NCBI GenBank assembly: GCA_030390025.1
Contig: CM059432.1
Span: forward strand, 104,472,001-104,536,000
DNA length: 64,000 nucleotides
Direction of reading: 5' to 3'
Source: Squalus acanthias
Taxonomy: Eukaryota
Part shown: positions 47,338 to 60,215 of the stretch, piece after piece
Layout: the number at the start of each line of letters is the position of its first letter
Numbering within the stretch: position 1 is the stretch's first letter
Program-made: the position numbers and the translations under genes
The notes under the pieces: generated by a model
Told to the model about the DNA's origin: nothing
Databases searched by the model: none
The model's input: the letters and a program-made list of their open reading frames with translations, nothing else

Positions 47338-50300
47338 GGGGAAAAATTCAGTACCTTAGCGCCAGCAGATGGCGCTAGAGCATTATCGCTGGGGCGAGGC
47401 GAATCCAGTGCCGCAGGCCAAATCCTGCCCCCCCCCCCGCAGCGCCGCGGGTAACAGTTATTGCCAGGAGCCTCAACGCCAGGTGGATTGTGATGTCAGT
47501 GAGTGTGCAACGCTCACTGACTGCCCTATCTGCAAAATTGATTCTCGCCACCTACCTTAACACCTGGAGTAATCAGCGACAGGGAGAGCTGGCTTGAAGC
47601 ACCAGGAAGCCGGCTCCAGGGACATTATTTAAAGAGATCATCAGTAATGACTCGCAGCTGTCAGATTAGTGGAGTTTCATTGGTTTCTTATCAGTTTCAC
47701 ATAGTCCAACAGTTTCATTCAGTACTTTCAAGGTTATTTTGTGTCAGGAGTGTTGTGGCAACTAAAAAGTAGCTACATTTATTTTTAAAAAAAATCAAAC
47801 TTCTACACTTGGTAACATGAATGGGGGCTGTACTGGCATGCCACCTCGCCCTCCAGAATCAATGGTGGAGAGAGCATAGGCAGCGAGAATGATGGGAACA
47901 TGTGCACAAAGAGATGAGGAGGGACATCAGGGCCCTCACCAGGAGGCCTTACACTCTGAGGGTATTCCGAGAGCACTTCTCCTCCCATCAATGAAGCGAG
48001 GAGCAGTGTATTAGACGGCTCCGCTTTACCAAGGAGCTGGTCACAGAACTCTGCCACCTCCTCCAAACAGACCTCCAGCCTCATAGCAGGATGACTTAAA
48101 GTCCAGATCCCCTTTGCTCACCACATCCCTATCATTCCATCCCTCTCGCAGGCTGTATCACAGCGCAAAGCTGAAATGACAGACACCACAAAAGAATGGT
48201 AAGTGAATTAATAAATTTATCAAAAATCATTGAACACATATTTACAACTGAAATATGAACTATTCACCCTTGTGCAATTCCTTAGTGCCTCTCGTTACTG
48301 TGCCTTTGCCTACTCTAGTGCTCCTACAAAGTGTTGGCCCAGTGGCCTCAGCAGGGCTGGTGGAAGGCTGCTGAGAGTCCATGTGGGAGACGTCAGATGG
48401 CCTTGCAGGACGCCCTCGACCAGCTCTGGACCTGGAAGGCCCAGCTGTAGATTGCACCACCTCAGCATGGGCGGCAGCAGTCTGGGCTGGCTAGATGACA
48501 ATCCTGAGAGAGGACAGCAGGTTCCTGCTCTACTGACCCACTGCCACTCCCTGGGGCAGCACCTCAGCATCCCTAGCAATCTGTTGGAGCACAGATTGCT
48601 GGCCTGCTGCGACACCGTGAAAGCCCTGGTCGACGGTGGTAGACCCAGCCACGATGGCAGCAGTCAAAGCTTACGTGGCATCAAGCTGAGACTGCATGAG
48701 AGCAGTCTGAGATTGGATGCCACCAACCATAGACTGCATTACAGCACTAAATGTTTCGTCGCTTCTGCCTGTGCTGCAATGGAAGCTGCTACATCGCCCA
48801 TCACACGCAGCATCAGGTCTGGGTTGCCACTGTCTCTCTGGGAGTCTACCATCCTTTGCAGACTGGAACTGATAGGCTCCATGGTGTGCGCAGAGCTCTG
48901 TGCAATGTTGGAGGCAGACTCCTCCATGCTCCTTATTGCCGAGAAGCTCTCAGGCACCCTTGCCATTGCACCTACGATCTCCATGTGCATGCCCATCACC
49001 CTTCTTCTAAAGGCCTCCCCATCGAGGTCCTCATCTGAGTCCTGTGCAGCAGAACTCGCGCGCGAACTCACCCCCCGGGGAGCTGGCCCTTGAGCTACCC
49101 TTTCCCCCTGGCCTTGCTGCAGCCCACTCGTCCCCGGTGCCTCACCCTGTGCAGATCCCGCTACTATACTAGCCTCTAAAGAACACGTAGTGCCAGTATC
49201 TGAGCTGGTGCCTGCGGGTGAGACATGCAGTGACGTGGTGTGTTCTTCCGTCTCCTCTTCTCCCTCCTCACTGTCTACATTGCCCTCAGGGACAGGCTGG
49301 TCAGGTGCTTGCTCATTATCTGAAAGCATAAAGGCACAAGAGTCAGGTTAAGGTGAGGGGAGGGGGGCAGGAAGGGAGAAATGCATGCATACAGCATGAT
49401 TAGGTGGAAGGTGTGAAACATTTGTGGGGTGAGGGGGAAGTGGGATGTCAGAAGGAGTAGGGATGAACATACCGTTGTTGTCCCCAAGGGGGTCAACATC
49501 GCCAGTGACCATGGTGCCCACCACCTGGCGCCCAGTAATCTGCAGCACTCTATTTTCCAGCGCAGACAGTGGTTGGGTGTCGGCTTGTCCCCTGCCTGTG
49601 CACTCCTGCTCCCTCCTGTTGTGAGCCACCTTGGCCTGCAAGAGAAAGGAAAGTGTGTGAGTGAGTGTGGAGCACTGTGTTTGGGTGATGTGCCTGCCAT
49701 TGTTGAATAGCTGTTATTGTGTGCAAGGTGTGAGATGTGGCTGTGAGTAGGTAGAGATTGTTGGTGGGTGGGTGCTGGGAATCTGGTGCTTTGGGCAGTG
49801 TGTGCAAACTGTGGTTCCGATGGTGGTATGTAGCATTTGTTGAAGCATTCACTCACCCTGACCACCCGAGTGAGGTTGTTAAATTTCTTCCTACGCTGTG
49901 TCACTGTGTGTAGGTCCTGGGGACCATAGTGCTGTCCGAGACGTGCTGCACTACATCCCTCCACATGGTGCGGAAGACTTACGGCGAGGGCCTCCTGCCA
50001 CTTGCTAGGTAGAGCACCGTCCTCCGTCTCTGCACAGTGAACGCCAATGCCTCCAATGCTTGATCGTAGAATCTGTGGGCTCTCCGTGGGGCATGGATCT
50101 GCCATGAATACAGCTGCTTCAGTCCTCCGGCTCCTTCTCCTTGTCCTGCTGCTGCTTGGTGAGGCAGCTGCACAGCCAGAAATGCTGAGAATGAGGTTCT
50201 ACAGCATCAATGAACCTCCTCTTTAAGTACTGAAAAAAGCCCGTGGCAATTATGACTTGCGATTAGACTGCACCTGATATTGGTCCACCCTTTGAGTGTA

Positions 50301-50464
50301 ACGCCAATGAGCTTGGGCTTTAAGACTTGAATTAGCGCTCCAATCATTTTTTTGAGCAGCGAGCATGAATTTTGTGTGCAGTCTAAAGCATTAGCGCCTG
50401 GCACTAATTCTTCAACTTTTCTAATGATACCGCCCATTCCTGGGCTATTATGAATTTCTAGCCC
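47338..50464. mobile_element. Non-autonomous Harbinger element H3 (3.13 kb)
   Basis: Imperfect TIRs GGGGAAAAATTCA and TGAATTTCTAGCCC; TSD CAA. + strand transposase N-terminal stub (RVFREHFS...SEEQCIRRLRFTKELVTELCHLLQTDLQP, about 47930-48085); - strand disrupted Myb/SANT gene about 50105-48265. Confidence 0.88.
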
Positions 50465-50479
50465 CAAGACACATAACTG

Positions 50480-52244
50480 AGGCCGGAATTTTGCCGGTGC
50501 TCAGAGGGTGGGTTTGGAGGCGGGTCCGCTGTCAAAATAGCAAAAATTGATAGCGGGTAGGAAAACCGCTGTCAACCCGCCTCCACGCGAGACTCCCAGG
50601 TGTTGGGTCTATCAGCGGAGAACTGACCCGACACCTAGCGGCGGAGAGACAATTGAGCGAATTAACTGGCTTGTTAAGAGCCAATTTAATACTATTTTGA
50701 GGCTTCCTTCCAATTTTACGTTCTCCCCCACAGGTTACCCACTGCTCAGGGAACACGCCAGCTCACCCTGGCGTGAGTTGAGTCTGCTCTGATGTTTCTG
50801 ATAAGCTGACAGCTGCAGAAGTGGTGTAAAGGATGCCATGTTGCAGATGGTCAGTTTCAGAGCGCAGAAACTTTTGGTTACTTCATTTGTAAGACATATG
50901 GAGATTTCTTTAGCTTGCAAGTATTTAGAGGCAACTGTATTTCCAGTGCCACCTCATTGGAACAACCTCTCTCACCATTGACAGATCGCTTCTGTCATCG
51001 CACCTGCAGCTGCCATCTATTGCAGCAACATCGGTGCCCTTTAAAAAATCAGACCTTGGTCCTCCGAATCCTTCCACGATCAGCCCCAACACCAACATCA
51101 CCAGGCACACCAACAACATCACCAACCTTCTCCGCCATCACCTGATGCTGCACAGGACACAAGGCATCAGCCCCTGACAACATTGCTGCCCAGGAGACCA
51201 GCGACGGCATCACCATGGCCAGATTTACTTCACTTGACGCTGTTAACCCTGGCTGCCACATGATGCACCAGGTTGACACCATCCCACACCAGCACCGTGA
51301 AGCATCCCTTTAATGTCCAAGCCATTCCATGCACACTCATCGCTATAGTGGGGTGGGGGGGGGGGGGGGGGGGGGGTGGGAGTTATGTCTGAACAGTCAC
51401 TGGAACTCAGTAAGACACTTCTCAAGGTGCGCTCAGATCTGTCTAATAAGGGGCAGTGTTGGAAAAATAGATTTCATTGTATGACAACACATTACCAGAA
51501 ACTTCACATGGACATTGGCTAAACCTCTCAAGTGCCTACCCTTGTGTGTTGTTAGTTGGTATACTTGCAGTAGGATGAGGGTGAGTGTAAGGGGTGGCTA
51601 GTGAGATAGGGAAGTGATAATGTAGATTGAGAGGAATGGGTGGAGGTGCAAGGTAAATTGGTGTGAGTGAGGATGTGCAGGAGAAGGGTAGGGAAGGCAG
51701 AGTTATGGGGATGTGATGAGTGCCACAGCAGGATGAGGTTGAGTGTGGCTTTGCAGTAATGTTTCGTGATCCACTGAGATCATTGAAAGGTTGGCGCCAC
51801 TGCAGCCAGGGACCCCTGATGACATCCTTGTTTTTGCCCTCCTGTGCAATGTGTAACCAGGCTGCATTGGTGTCCTGGGGAGGTTCTCTTCCGCCATTGG
51901 AAGGGAAGAGAACCTCCCTGCGTGCTGTAACTCCCTCCATAAGCATATGGAGGGAGTCATTTGAGAGCCTGGGTGCAACCGTCCACCTCAATGCTGTCAA
52001 TGCTGTCAAACACTGAAAGAACTGTCAAACTCAATGTGGCCGTGGTCCCTTTAAGGAAACCGGCTGATGACGCGTCATCAAATTACATCATCAGACCCGC
52101 TTCCTGTTAATTGGCTGGGTAGCCTGTAGGGCGGGCTTAACAAGGCCAATCAAGGGAAAATCCCTTTGGCAGCCAGGATCGTGACTGGAACCTGGAAACC
52201 AGCTCTCCCGCCACCATCCCGACACCGATGATAGAATCGCAGCC
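50480..52244. mobile_element. Deleted Harbinger element H4 (related to H2)
   Basis: Left end GGGTTTGGAGGCGGGTC as in H2; - strand Myb exon APRLSNDSLHMLMEGVTARREVLFP...AAWLHIAQE...FNDL (52009 to about 51765); TIRs degenerate. Confidence 0.7.
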
Positions 52245-52291
52245 ATAGTCTCCACTCCAACATATTCTTTCTCAGGACTTCAAAATTCTTA

Positions 52292-53782
52292 GGGGGAAAA
52301 ATTCAGTTGGTTAGCGCCTCCTGTTGGCGCCAGCAGCTGGCGCTAATGGGGTGTTGATGCAGTTGTGCCGGGGCGAAGCGAATCCAGCGACGCACGGCAA
52401 ATCTGGACCACCCATTGCGCCGCCGGCACGAGGTACCGCCGGGGACTTCACGCCAGGCAGATCGTGACCTCAGTGATCATGCAAAATTGATTTTCACCAC
52501 TTATCTTTGCGCCTCGACCAGACAGCGACAGGGAGAGCAGGCGCACAGCTGACAGAAGCCGACTCCATGACGTTATTTAAAAGCATCAGCATTAATCACT
52601 CGCAGCTGTGCAGCAGGTTAGTTTCAGTGGCTTCTTGTCAGTTTCAGCCAGTGGAGCAATTTGTATGAGTAATTTCAAACTTCTTTTTTATCAGCAGTCT
52701 TCTGGCAAGTGCAAAGCGGCTACATTTATTGTTCAAAGATTCAAACTGCTACACTTGGCAACATTAATGGGGGCTGTACTGCCACCTCGTCCTCCAGGAT
52801 CTATGGCGGAGGGAGCGGAGGCAGCTAAAAATACAGGAACATGTGCGCAGAGGGATGAGGAGGGACATCAGGGCTCTCACCAGGAGGCCTTACCCTCTGA
52901 GGGTATTCCGACAGCTCTTCTCCTACCTTCAATTAAGCGAGGAGCAGTGTATTAGATGACTCCGCTTCACCAAGGAGGTGGTCACAGAATTCTGCCACCT
53001 CCTCCAAACAGACCTCCAGCCTCACAGCAGGATGACTTAAACCCCAGATCCCTTTTGCTCACCACATGCTCATCATACCATCCCTGTGTCATGCCATATC
53101 ACAGCATCCTCCTGGGCACAAAGGTGAAAGGAGACCATAAAATATTGTAAACTCCATTAACAAATTTATACATAAACATATCACACATATCACATTCACT
53201 CTAATAACTAATGACCCTTGTGCCTGCCATAGTTGAATAGCTGTCATTGTGTCCAAGGCGTGAGATGTGGGTGTGAGTGTTGGTAGGTAGAGATTGTTGG
53301 TGAGTGAGCACTGGGGGTCTGGTGCTTTGGGCAGTGTGTGAAGCTTGTGGTACAGATGGTGGTATGTAGCATTTGTTGAAGCATTCACTCACCCTAACCA
53401 CCCGACTGAGGTGGATCTGCCATGAGCACACCTGCTTCAGTCCTCTGGCTCCTTCTCCTTGTTGTGCTTCTCCTTGCTGAGGCAGCTGCACAGCCAGCAA
53501 TGCTGAGAATGAGGTGCTGCAGTATCAATGAACCTCCCCTTTAAGTACTGGGATGAGCCTGTGGCAGTGCTGACTTGAGATTAGACTGCACCTGATATTG
53601 GTCCACCCTTTGAGTGTAACGCCACTGAGCTAGGCCTTTAAGACTTGATTTAGCACCCAAATAATTTCTTTGAGCAGTGAGAATGAATTTTGCGTGCAGT
53701 CTAAAGCATTAGCACCTGGCTCTAATTCTATAACTTTTCTAATGATACCGCCCATTCCGGGGCTATAATGAATTTCTAGCCC
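52292..53782. mobile_element. Harbinger element H5 (1.49 kb), internal-deletion derivative of the H3 family
   Basis: TIRs GGGGGAAAAATTCA and TGAATTTCTAGCCC; TSD TTA; both ends colinear with H3. Confidence 0.9.
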
Positions 53783-54540
53783 TTAGTCTTTTTTCCTCCT
53801 CCAATCCTCAGACTTTAAAAACCCAAGCTTGGTTTCACCTAATCACGACTTCCAGATTTACTTCCTCCTCTTGTTTGTTCTTTTCAATCTTGGTGGTGTC
53901 CTGCACTAGGGACCTTGACTATTCACCTTGGTTCCTCAATTTAAAAAAGATGTGTGTAATATACAGCCACAAGCATTATTTAACAATAATCTAATTTCTC
54001 CTTTATACTGTAAGGTTGCATATAAATGACCTCACATTCTTGTCATCAGAAGCAGTGAAGCCCTCATGACAAAAATCCCACCGGAGGCAGAGTTAAATAG
54101 GTCCCCTTGGCAGCACGTAGGAAGGTTTTGCCATCTTGGATCTGGCCATGGATAGGCTGACCTCAGTTCACTCAAGCAGGGAAGCAATACTCTTTTGTGA
54201 TTGTTGGTTAGTACAGATACTGCAATGACACTGGGAAAGGTCTTGGCCAGCTTGATAAAGTTGCTAATGGGACTTTGAACCAAATGCTTGTACACAAGAT
54301 TGGTACATGAACGAATGCTTTTCATTTGTGTTCACAACTTCCAAGCAACTGCACATGCTCAAATCATGCACACATGCAGAGTCCCTTTTGCTGCTGATTC
54401 AGCTGCAAGGACATTGGCACAAACACTGAACCATTTCTATTAGAAGAGGGTTCAACAAAATAAATGGTATGGGTAGTTATGAGTAGATATTTCCAGTTTG
54501 CTGTGGTTTTTTGGAGCCATGGTATTTCCTTTCTTTCCTT

Positions 54541-54995
54541 TGTGTCAGCTGTGGCTCAGTTGGTAGCACCCTCCCCTCTGAGTCAAAAGGCTGTGGGTTC
54601 AAGTCCCACTCCAGGGACTTAGGCATAAAAATCTAGGCAGTGCTGAGGGAGTGCTTCACTGTCGGAGGTGCCGTCTTTCGGATGAGACATTAAACCAAGG
54701 CCCCTTAGGTGGACGTAAAAGATCCTATGGCACTATTTTGAAGAAGAGCAGGGGAGTTATCTTCAGTGTGCTGGCCAATATTTATCCCTCAACATCACTA
54801 AAAAAAAACAGATTATCACGTCATTATCACATTGCTGTTTGCGGGAGCTTGCTGTGCGCAAATTGGCTGCCGCGTTTCCTACATTACAACAGTGACTACA
54901 CTTCAAAAAGTACTTCAATGGCTGTAAAGCACTTTGGGACATCCAGTGGTCGTGAAAGGCGCTATATAAATGCAAGTCTTTCTTTTTCTTTCTTT
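54541..54995 (+). mobile_element. tRNA-head Deu-domain SINE (SacSINE1/AmnSINE1-like), near full length
   Basis: A-box TGGCTCAGTTGG (54552), B-box GGTTCAAGTCC (54596), Deu-like core GTCGGAGGTGCCGTCTTTCGGATGAGAC..., tail GGCGCTATATAAATGCAAG(TCTT)n. Confidence 0.88.
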
Positions 54996-56302
54996 AGGTT
55001 TCACCAAATTTGCGGTTTTCATTAGTTTGATTCTTTTTTATGTGTATTTTCATTTTTGTTTCACACAATTTCATTTGCTGCCTACATACTCTGCTAGAAT
55101 CTGGGTGGGGTTGGGAGGAGAGAAGCAGGTATGTTGTATGTGACCTGCAGCAGGAGTGCAGCGGGTGCAAATACTTTCTGTGTGGAAAATAGAACTGAAG
55201 TAATTCATGTGTGCTGGAAGGAAATAATTAAAAAGGAGTTGACTATAAATCCTGTAGGGCCCATTGACCTCTGGACTAAAATTACCAATATGCACCCCTT
55301 TCACACGAAGCTTCATGCTGGGAGTGTGAATTTGTAAAATCTGCCATTATAAATTAATACGCAGCAAAAATTGATTCCTGAGCACCATCTAGTGGTTAAT
55401 GAAAGCATTACTCTGTTCCCACACTGTACAGGCATATATGGTTCAAAAATGTACCAAGTGATTCCATTGATTTCTTGTCCTGCTGTATACTATCACAGTA
55501 GAGCATTAATATTACAAAGTTAAAATGATGCAACAAAAATTCATAAATAATGTGATAAAATAATAAAAAAATTTCTCAAATTCATATTTTTGAAAGTGTA
55601 ACTTACATTTGTACAGCATCTTACCAGTTTTTTTAGAAATGCCCCAAAGCACTCACTTACAATGAAACACTTTGTTGTTATGCAAGCAAAGGTAGCAGTT
55701 ATTTTGCACACTGCAAGATCCTACAAAGGGCATCGGACCAGGTTTTGCTGGAGCGGGGCATCTCATTGCGAACCCCATTAGTTAGACTTGTTTGTGCAAG
55801 TTTAGGTTTTCACATTTTTTGCCACAAAGTTGCTGGACGTGCGAGCTGATAACAGTGCAGCGAGGGCAACAGGGCATCTGGGACCCTGGTGAACGACGGG
55901 ACCAACAGTGTATCTCCTTAACCAATGAGATTTAAGGACTGAGAATTAAACAGAGGAAGGACTGAGAAGGAAGGTGAATTCGAGTGGGTAAATTCAATGT
56001 CAAATCAGGTACAGAAAGAGAAATAAAGAGAGAGGAAAAAAGATTGGATTAAGAGAGAGAGAAAAAAGACAGAAAGGAAAAGTAAGAAAAAAAATTAAAC
56101 ATTCAAAATTTGACATCTTTAAAATCTCCTAAAATAATTCACAACCTGAAGGAATGAGACTCCACACTTACAATTGTTCACTTTCTGGGAAAGAGAGGTT
56201 AATTGGCGGTCATTAACAATTATCTCATTATTAAAAGGGTACTTACACTGATAAGTACTAGACTTAACTTTCTGTGGTGAGTTTAATGACCAATTCATGT
56301 GC

Positions 56303-59300
56303 AAACTAATTAGTGGGGGGGAGGTTTCAAGAGAGCAAAAAATAAAAATGACAACAGAGAGGGTCATAGACATAGGTAGCAGTAGGGGAATCACAAATCA
56401 GAGCGTGGCAGGAAGGGACAGAATGTGTGGAGTAAAAGGTAAAGTGGTAAAAAGTGAAGAAGCAGGAACTAAGTGCCACAAAGCATATTTGAAAGTTCTC
56501 TATCTGAATGCACGTAGCATTCGTAACAAAATAGACGAGTTAATGGCACAAATAACTACATATGGTTATGATATTGTGGCCATTACAGAAACATGGCTGC
56601 AGGGTGACAATGCCTGGGAATTAAACATACCAGGTTATTTAACGATCAGGAAGGACAGGCAGGAAGGAAGGGGAGGTGGGGTGGCTATGTTAATAAAGGA
56701 AGGAATCACTGTAATACAGAGTAATGATATTGGGTCAAAAAATCATGATAATGAAACAGTTTGGGTGGAGATAAGGAATAATAAGGGGAAAAAAACACTA
56801 GTGGGCGTAGTCTATAGGCCTCCGAACAGTTGCAACTCTGTTGGATGGAGTATCAATCAGGAAATAGTTGAGGCATGTAATAAGGGAACATCTATAATTA
56901 TGGGGGATTTTAACTATCATATTAATTGGACAAATCAAATGGGGCAGGGCTGCCTTGAGGATGAGTTCATTGAGTGTATTAGGGATGGGTTTCTTGAGCA
57001 GTATGTAACTGAACCGACCAGGGGGCAAGCAACCTTAGATCTGGTCCTGTGTAACGAGACAGGATTAATTAAAAATGTCCTAGTAAAGGATCCCCTTGGA
57101 ATGAGTGACCATAACATGGTTGAATTCCATATTCAATTAGAGGGTGAGAAGGTCGGATCTCAAACAAGGGTGCTAAGCTTGAATAAAGGAGACTATGAAG
57201 GTATGCGAGCGGAATTGAGTAGAGTGGATTGGGAAAATAGATTAAAGGGTAAGACGACACATGATCAGTGGTGTACATTCAAGGAGTTATTTTACAACTT
57301 CCAAAAAATATATATTCCACTGAAAAGAAAAGGGTGTAAAAGAAAGGACAGTCATCTGTGGCTAAATAAAGAAATTAAGGATAGTATTCGACTAAAAACA
57401 AGGGCATATAAGGTAGCGAAATCTAGTGGGAGGACAGAGGATTGGGAAAACTTTAAAAGGCAGCAAAAAATAACAAAAAGATTGATTAAGAAAGGGAAGA
57501 TAGATTATGAAAGTAAATTAGCAAAAAATATAAAAACAGATAGTAAGAGTTTTTATAGTTATATAAAAAGAAAAAGGGTGGCTAAAGTAAATGTTGGTCC
57601 CTTAGAGGATGAGACCGGGAAATTAATGGTGGGAAATATGGAGATGGCAAAAAAAATGAATGAATATTTTGTATCAGTCTTTACAGTAGAGGACACTAAG
57701 AATATCCCAACACTGGACAAACAGGGGGCTATAGGGGGAGAGGAGCTAAACACAATCAAAATCACTAAGGAAGTGGTACTCGGTAAAATAATGGGACTCA
57801 AGGCGGATAAATCACCTGGACCTGATGGCTTACATCCTAGAGTCTTGAAGGAAGTGGCGGTAGGGATTGTAGATGCATTGGTAATAATTTTTCAAAACTC
57901 CCTGGATTCCGCTAAGGTCCCGGCAGACTGGAAAACTGCTAATGTAACACCCTTATTTAAAAAGGGCAGTAGACAGAAGGCTGGTAACTATAGACCGGTT
58001 AGCCTAACATCTGTGGTAGGTAAAATTTTGGAGTCCATTATTAAGGAAACAGTAACAGGACATTTGGATAATCATAATTTAATAGGACAAAGTCAGCATG
58101 GTTTTACGAAGGGGAAGTCATGTTTGACAAATTTGCTGGAGTTCTTTGAGGAAGTAACACACAGGGTGGATAAAGGGGAACCAGTGGACGTAGTGTATTT
58201 AGACTTCCAAAAGGCATTTGACAAGGTGCCACACAAAAGATTATTGCTTAAGGTAAAAAATCACGGGATTGGGGGTAATATTCTGGCATGGATAGAGGAT
58301 TGGCTATCTAACAGAAAGCAAAGAGTTGGGATAAATGGTTCATTCTCAGACTGGCAATCAGTAACTAGTGGTGTTCCACAGGGGTCAGTGCTGGGTCCCC
58401 AACTCTTTACAATCTATATTAACGATTTGGAGGAAGGGACCAAGTGTAACATATCAAAATTTGCAGATGATACAAAGATGGGAGGGAAAGTAGTGAGTGA
58501 GGAGGACATAAAAAACCTGCAAGGGGACATAGACAGGCTAAGTAAGTGGGCAGAGATTTGGCAGATGGAATACAACACTGGAAAGTGTGAGGTGATGCAC
58601 TTTGGCAGGAAAAATCCTAGAGCAATTTATTATCTTAATGGCAAGAAACTGGAGAGTACTGAAGTGCAAAGGGATCTGGGGGTCCTGGTGCACGAAACTC
58701 AAAAGGTTAGTATGCAGGTGCAGCAAGTGATTAAGAAGGCAAATGGAATGTTGGCTTTCATTGCTAGGGGGATAGAATATAAAAATAGGGAGGTATTGCT
58801 TCAGTTGTACAAGGTATTGGTGAGACCGCACCTGGAATACTGCATACAGTTTTGGTGTCCTTACTTAAGGAAAGACATCCTTGCTCTCGAGGCAGTGCAA
58901 AAAAGGTTCACTCGGTTAATCCCGGGGATGAGGGGGTGGTCATATGAGGAGAGGTTGGGTAGATTGGGACTCTACTCATTGGAGTTCAGAAGAATGAGAG
59001 GTGATCTTATTGAAACATATAAGATTGTGAAGGGGTTGGATCGGGTGGATGCGGGGAGGATGTTCCCGATGACGGGTGAGACTAGAACTAGGGGACATAG
59101 TCTTAGAATAAGGGGCTGCTCTTTCAAAACTGAGATGAGGAGGAACTACTTCACTCAGAGGGTGGTAGGTCCATGGAATATGCTGCCACAAAAAGCTGTA
59201 GAAGCTACATCATTAAATAAATTTAAAACAGAAATAGACAGTTTCCTAGAAGTAAAGGGCATTAAGGGTTACGGGGAGCGGGCAGGAATTTGGACATGAG

Positions 59301-59536
59301 TCTAGGTTCGGATCCGGTCATGGCCCTGTGGGTAGTGGAGCGGGCCCAGGGACCGTGTAGCCTGATTCTGCTCCTATTTCGTGTGTGCAATTCTGTTAGA
59401 TGCAGGAGATGGTTCTGTGATAGATAGTAGATTGGCGGTTAGGATCAGATCAGCCATGATCTTATTGAATGGCGGAGCAGGCTCGAGGGGCTGATTGGCC
59501 TACTCCTGCTCCTATTTCTTATGTTCTTATGTTCTT
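56303..59536 (+). mobile_element. 5'-truncated CR1 LINE (ORF1 and promoter missing, ORF2 complete)
   Basis: Begins at AAACTAATTAGTGGGGGGG (ORF1/ORF2 junction-like); ends CCTACTCCTGCTCCTAT followed by (TTCTTATG)n. Confidence 0.95.
56348..59299 (+). CDS. CR1 ORF2: AP endonuclease plus reverse transcriptase, uninterrupted
   Basis: YLNARS...ITETWL...GGGV...YRPP...GDFN...SDH (APE); [37 protein letters not shown] (RT). No stop or frameshift. Start codon uncertain (56297, 56348 or 56423). Confidence 0.93.
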   Translation: MTTERVIDIGSSRGITNQSVAGRDRMCGVKGKVVKSEEAGTKCHKAYLKVLYLNARSIRNKIDELMAQITTYGYDIVAITETWLQGDNAWELNIPGYLTIRKDRQEGRGGGVAMLIKEGITVIQSNDIGSKNHDNETVWVEIRNNKGKKTLVGVVYRPPNSCNSVGWSINQEIVEACNKGTSIIMGDFNYHINWTNQMGQGCLEDEFIECIRDGFLEQYVTEPTRGQATLDLVLCNETGLIKNVLVKDPLGMSDHNMVEFHIQLEGEKVGSQTRVLSLNKGDYEGMRAELSRVDWENRLKGKTTHDQWCTFKELFYNFQKIYIPLKRKGCKRKDSHLWLNKEIKDSIRLKTRAYKVAKSSGRTEDWENFKRQQKITKRLIKKGKIDYESKLAKNIKTDSKSFYSYIKRKRVAKVNVGPLEDETGKLMVGNMEMAKKMNEYFVSVFTVEDTKNIPTLDKQGAIGGEELNTIKITKEVVLGKIMGLKADKSPGPDGLHPRVLKEVAVGIVDALVIIFQNSLDSAKVPADWKTANVTPLFKKGSRQKAGNYRPVSLTSVVGKILESIIKETVTGHLDNHNLIGQSQHGFTKGKSCLTNLLEFFEEVTHRVDKGEPVDVVYLDFQKAFDKVPHKRLLLKVKNHGIGGNILAWIEDWLSNRKQRVGINGSFSDWQSVTSGVPQGSVLGPQLFTIYINDLEEGTKCNISKFADDTKMGGKVVSEEDIKNLQGDIDRLSKWAEIWQMEYNTGKCEVMHFGRKNPRAIYYLNGKKLESTEVQRDLGVLVHETQKVSMQVQQVIKKANGMLAFIARGIEYKNREVLLQLYKVLVRPHLEYCIQFWCPYLRKDILALEAVQKRFTRLIPGMRGWSYEERLGRLGLYSLEFRRMRGDLIETYKIVKGLDRVDAGRMFPMTGETRTRGHSLRIRGCSFKTEMRRNYFTQRVVGPWNMLPQKAVEATSLNKFKTEIDSFLEVKGIKGYGERAGIWT

Positions 59537-59884
59537 AAATGCAGCAACTTTATGAAAATCACAGTGAGCTTGAGGGCGAGCTGTTGTTTTCATGAAGCTA
59601 ATGGCGGAGCGCTCAAATCGGCCAGCAATTTGTGGCGATTCACAATTCATGGGTTATCTCTTCCTCACTACAAGTTGCTGGCTGATTTGTGAATTAAGAA
59701 AGGCATGCATCGTTCCGACACTGTTATTTATTCAGCAAAATCTGGCCCAATGAGTCAATCTATTTTTGATGGAGTTGGTGAGGAAGAATTCCTTCCTCTT
59801 CTTCAAATACTGCCTGGGATCGTCAATGTCTACCTGAGTCATCTGAGCAAGCAGACAAGGCCTCAGTTTAATGTCTCATTTGAA

Positions 59885-60215
59885 AATGTTCATCAGTGTG
59901 AAGTATAAACTGTCTGTTCACCTTCCATCTTTTGGATGATATATTAAAGCGAATCTTCATCTGCCTGCTCAGGTGGATGTTAACGATCTCATGATACTTT
60001 CCGATGAAGAGCAGCGTGTTTCCCTGGGTATCCTGGCCAACATTCATCCCTTAATTAACTCCACCAAAAGAGATTAATTGATCAGTGATCTCATTGCGGT
60101 TTGTGGGATCTTGCTGTGTGCAAATTGGCTGCCATGTTTGCCTACATACAACAGTAACTACACTTCAGAAGTAATTTGTGTGAATTGCTTTGAAATGTTT
60201 CTCAGAGATGCAATA
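59885..60215 (+). mobile_element. Old Deu-domain SINE remnant
   Basis: tctgcctgctcaggtggatgt...cctggccaaca...ttgctgtgtgcaaattggctgcc...aacagtaactacacttca matches 54700-54910. Confidence 0.75.

Larger units (their letters stand above)
55735..59748. mobile_element. MITE B (same family as MITE A), split by a CR1 insertion
   Basis: TIRs GGACCAGGTTTTGCTG and CAGCAAAATCTGGCCC (14/16 match); body homologous to MITE A on both sides of the CR1. Confidence 0.78.

Noticed and set aside
51349..51380. Poly-G tract as a functional G-quadruplex element
   Set aside because: Simple homopolymer inside a decayed transposon with no supporting context.
54541..54615. tRNA gene
   Set aside because: It is the tRNA-derived head of a SINE, continuing into the Deu-like core and tail.
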